Assembly: GCA_965224085.1 (NCBI GenBank)
Contig: CBDCYI010000005.1
Location: 576,001 to 640,000, forward strand
DNA: 64,000 nucleotides
Direction: 5' to 3'
Source of the DNA: Candidatus Marinacidobacterales bacterium
GTDB taxonomy: Bacteria > Acidobacteriota > Vicinamibacteria > Marinacidobacterales > SMYC01
Numbering within the stretch: position 1 is the first letter of the stretch; each line of letters opens with the position of its first letter. Below the pieces are notes generated by a model. The model saw nothing but the letters and a program-made list of their open reading frames with translations. It had not been told where the DNA came from and did no database searches. The position numbers and the translations under genes were made by a program. Below, in pieces: positions 61,056 to 64,000 of the stretch.

Positions 61056-62303
61056 CTAACGCACCCCCTCGAGTAGCTCGGCAGCGTTGTTGTGGATCTC
61101 GACGTGATCCCCTCGGCGCCGCAACAATACGAGGTTGGCGTCCCTCGGGACCGCCTGCGAGACCGTGCGGTTATGCGCCGTGCAGATGAACTGCGTTTTC
61201 GGAAAGACCTCCGTGAGAACTTTCATCAAGTTGCGTTGCCACCTCTGATGCAGATGAAGATCGATCTCGTCGACGCAAACCACGGCGGGTGCGGCGAGGG
61301 GATCGGCGCTGCGCGGGTTCAACACATATAGTCGGCGGGCGAAGTCCACGATCCAGGCAATCAGCGTGCGATAGCCCATGCTGAGGTCTCCCAAGCAGAC
61401 CCAGCCGTAATGCGTCTCGAACTCCACTCGTCCTTGGTTCGAAGCGATGCGGATATCGTTCACGTCGAGCAAGACCGCATTGAGCAGATCGCGCACCTTC
61501 TTGGCGGCGCGAGCTTCGCGAAGCTGACGGCGCGCCGGCCCGAGATGACTCATCTGCACGAACCACTCTTCGGCGTTCAGAAGCTCGGCGTCATCCACGA
61601 AGAGGCTTTCATCGGCAGACGATTCGAGGGGCTTGCGCCCCGAGTCGGCGGCCTGTCCGTGCCGGCGAGACGCGCCATAGCCGAAATAGATCAGCGTGCC
61701 GTCTCGGTTGAAGTCCCAGCGCGGCGGCGGGCTCTGGCGCCGGCGCGCGGGGCTGTATCGCACCGAGAACTCCGCGACCTCCCGAGGCCTCAGCAGGACA
61801 TTTGAGCGCACGAGGGCAGGCTTCGTCGGTTTGCGTTGAGGCCACCAGTTATAGCGAATGAACGAGGGGACTTCCTTGTGATCCTGCAGCGTCGAGGCGA
61901 TGCCGCAGACCGCTTGCAAGAGCGTCGTCTTGCCAGCGCCATTGTCGCCGAAGATGACCGTCCAGCCATAGGGCTTTCCTCGCTCGTCGGAGAGCTGCAG
62001 GGTCTGAGCCGGGCCGAAGCAGCGTACGTTCTCCACGTCGACGGACAATAAATAGAGCGGTTTGCCCAACGACTTTGCGGTCTTCTTGCTTTTCTTACGT
62101 CGCGCGGGCTTTTTCTTGCGCGCGACGGCCTTGCTTTTTCTGACTTTCTTGGCCGGTCGAACCCGCGCACTCGGCTTCTTCTTCACGACTTTCTTGCGTT
62201 TCGCCGGCGCTTTCTTCTTCGTGGCTTTGCGTTTGGCAGAAGCGGATTTTTTCTTCGACAGAGACTTCCGCCCACGGGTAGACCCGACTTTTCTTGCTGG
62301 CAT
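61056..62303 (-). CDS. ABC-type (AAA_21/PtuA-like) ATPase with a histone-H1-like Lys-rich N-terminal tail
   Basis: VENVRCF, GDNGAGKTT, YGASR, LSMGY, VDEIDLHLH, TAH; about 80 aa of K/R/A/P-rich N-terminus. Confidence 0.85.
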   Translation of the reverse strand: MPARKVGSTRGRKSLSKKKSASAKRKATKKKAPAKRKKVVKKKPSARVRPAKKVRKSKAVARKKKPARRKKSKKTAKSLGKPLYLLSVDVENVRCFGPAQTLQLSDERGKPYGWTVIFGDNGAGKTTLLQAVCGIASTLQDHKEVPSFIRYNWWPQRKPTKPALVRSNVLLRPREVAEFSVRYSPARRRQSPPPRWDFNRDGTLIYFGYGASRRHGQAADSGRKPLESSADESLFVDDAELLNAEEWFVQMSHLGPARRQLREARAAKKVRDLLNAVLLDVNDIRIASNQGRVEFETHYGWVCLGDLSMGYRTLIAWIVDFARRLYVLNPRSADPLAAPAVVCVDEIDLHLHQRWQRNLMKVLTEVFPKTQFICTAHNRTVSQAVPRDANLVLLRRRGDHVEIHNNAAELLEGVR

Positions 62304-62879
62304 GGCATTTTGTACCACGGAAGCTCCTCGCCGTCTAATACTTGTTGGAATTCTTGTGCATCACGCAACGGCTGTTCGAATTTCAGCTAGGTCAACAACA
62401 TCGTGTGCTACGGAGTCCATCGCACTTCCTCTTGAACAACCGTCGAGCTCGAGGAGCTAGCCTCCTTTGCCCGTGAACCTCGAACGCGTGTCCCAAGCCG
62501 ACCGGGAAGCTGCCCTCATGGCGGAAGCACCGTGCGGGTTGCCATGAGCTGCAAAGTCATCATAATGGCCGCTCATGCGAGGGAGGTTGGCTCGTGGACG
62601 TCAAAGTCTACGCGCCTTTGCACCACGGCGACGGACGCGCCGACTGGACGTTCGCAACGGAGCTCATTTTCAAGAACGACACAGAGTTCATGAAGCCGTC
62701 ACCCGCGCCGGAGATCGCCGCGCGCCTGTTCTCGGACATGGAGACGTTCCACGCCGAGGAACGACACCGCTTCGAGATCCTCGACGCCCACTGGGACGTG
62801 CCGCTCATCGAAGTGCCGATGGAGTGAGTCACGAGGATCGAGCTCTAAGCTGGACACCGGCCGGGCGCCGCACTCTACC

Positions 62880-63608
62880 GCAGTTCAGTCGAGCCGTCTT
62901 GGTCTCTTTCAACGGAAACGACTTTCGAGATACCTACCTCGGCGCCGGAAAGGACCATATCATCCATGGCACTGCCGTCCTGGACGACCATGTCCTGGAA
63001 AAGAAAGTGCCCGCGCTCTTTCTTCGAAAAGACCGCACGACATCACAGCCGAGCTTCGAAATCTCGGCCCTCCGCAGAACCCTCCGGGGCTTCGCCCTTT
63101 TCCGTCTGCTCGCGCCGTTTCTCGAGATGGAGCACCTCGCCATCGATTTCCGGGTGAACCAACGCTTCATTGCCTACTCGTTCTGGTCGCAAGTCCCGTA
63201 CCCCCTATCGCCGTCGAGACCAAGGACGTCTCTCTCGACACGCTGGAACGGATGGCGAGGATCCTCGATTACAAAGGAGTAGGGCTCGCCCTGGTGGCAC
63301 TGCCCACGCGGGAGCAAGTTTACAGCGGTGAGCCCTATGGTCCAGGTTTCGACATCGACTTTCCACAGGCTTATCTCCAGCTCTTTGCGCGCGAGCAGGG
63401 CATCCCCTACCTGGATTTGCTCCCCATCTTTCGGGAGCACGTCTCCCGCACCAACGAGAACCTCTACGTCAGAGGAGATACGCACCTCAACAATGGAGGG
63501 CATGCCCTTGCCGGTTGGCATATCTCAGAGTGGTTCCGGTGCTGCGTCAAGAACCAACCCATCGGCAAAACTTGGATAGAACTTCAGCGGGAGATGCCCC
63601 AGCGCTAG
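62880..63608 (+). pseudogene. SGNH hydrolase-like (AlgX/AlgJ-like) C-terminal fragment, frameshifted
   Basis: FNGNDF, PTREQV, YLDLLP.F, DTHLNNGGH. Confidence 0.65.
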
Positions 63609-63756
63609 TCCCCTGGAACCAGAAAGAGCAGCGAGGTGACGACCACGACCGTGACACCCCCGGTTCAGCGAGGATCTTGAGGTCGGTCCGGCACGCCAAG
63701 TAGACGTGAATGCCCGCATGGTCAGCGGCGGCGTCTGATAGGAAGCCGCCTTCGAT

Positions 63757-64000
63757 TCACTCCAGCCTGGCGGGAGTGTACTCGAAAATACGCACCCAGC
63801 GGCGAAGACGGAACCGCTGTTCAAAGAGGGGGCTCTTCTCGAAAAACGTAAAGTCCAAGATGGGGCCTTTCTCGTCACGGGCGGGCTGGTCGAGCCTTCC
63901 CCAAGCCACATGGGTGAGGTTCCACGTGGCCGCCGCCGAGGCTATCGCTTCGGCATCTCTCGAGAAGGCGAATGCGCGCTGGGATTTCTCTCGCGTGACG
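63757..64000 (-). CDS. 3' end of a gene entering from the window edge
   Basis: Open frame VTREKSQRAFAF...WNLTHVAWGRLD...VRIFEYTPARLE*. Confidence 0.45.
   Translation of the reverse strand, partial: VTREKSQRAFAFSRDAEAIASAAATWNLTHVAWGRLDQPARDEKGPILDFTFFEKSPLFEQRFRLRRWVRIFEYTPARLE

Noticed and set aside
61056-62318. Complete Septu or retron system
   Set aside because: No HNH nuclease, reverse transcriptase or msr-msd region adjacent
421-63250. Sequencing error as the sole cause of the frameshifts
   Set aside because: Long genes are uninterrupted while lesions cluster in truncated genes; individual homopolymer cases such as 37640 could still be errors

Overview
GC-rich bacterial DNA; the gene content resembles marine or sediment Acidobacteriota (Vicinamibacteria-like), which is inference only. 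The first ~3.9 kb is a visibly less GC-rich prophage remnant: an RHH regulator, an HK97-gp10-like tail gene, an integrase C-terminal fragment, and an N-terminally truncated anti-phage dCTP deaminase (AvcD/Dcd-like) translationally coupled to a 57-aa ORF that the ORF track misses. The rest mixes intact genes with many truncated, fused or frameshifted remnants. Intact genes include two DUF1592-DUF1552-ankyrin operons, feoAB with a Fur-box-like operator, rtcB, a DEAD-box helicase, an M20 peptidase and a VPS10-like glycosyl hydrolase. There are six IS elements or remnants: two IS3/IS481-like, one IS5 (IS903 group), one IS1634, one IS1182 and one IS110/IS1111. The IS1111 non-coding end contains a bridge/seekRNA whose guide segments match its own target and donor sites. 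An ABC-type ATPase with a histone-H1-like tail lies near the right end. No rRNA, intact tRNA or CRISPR array was found. All family calls come from motif recognition by eye; no searches were run.
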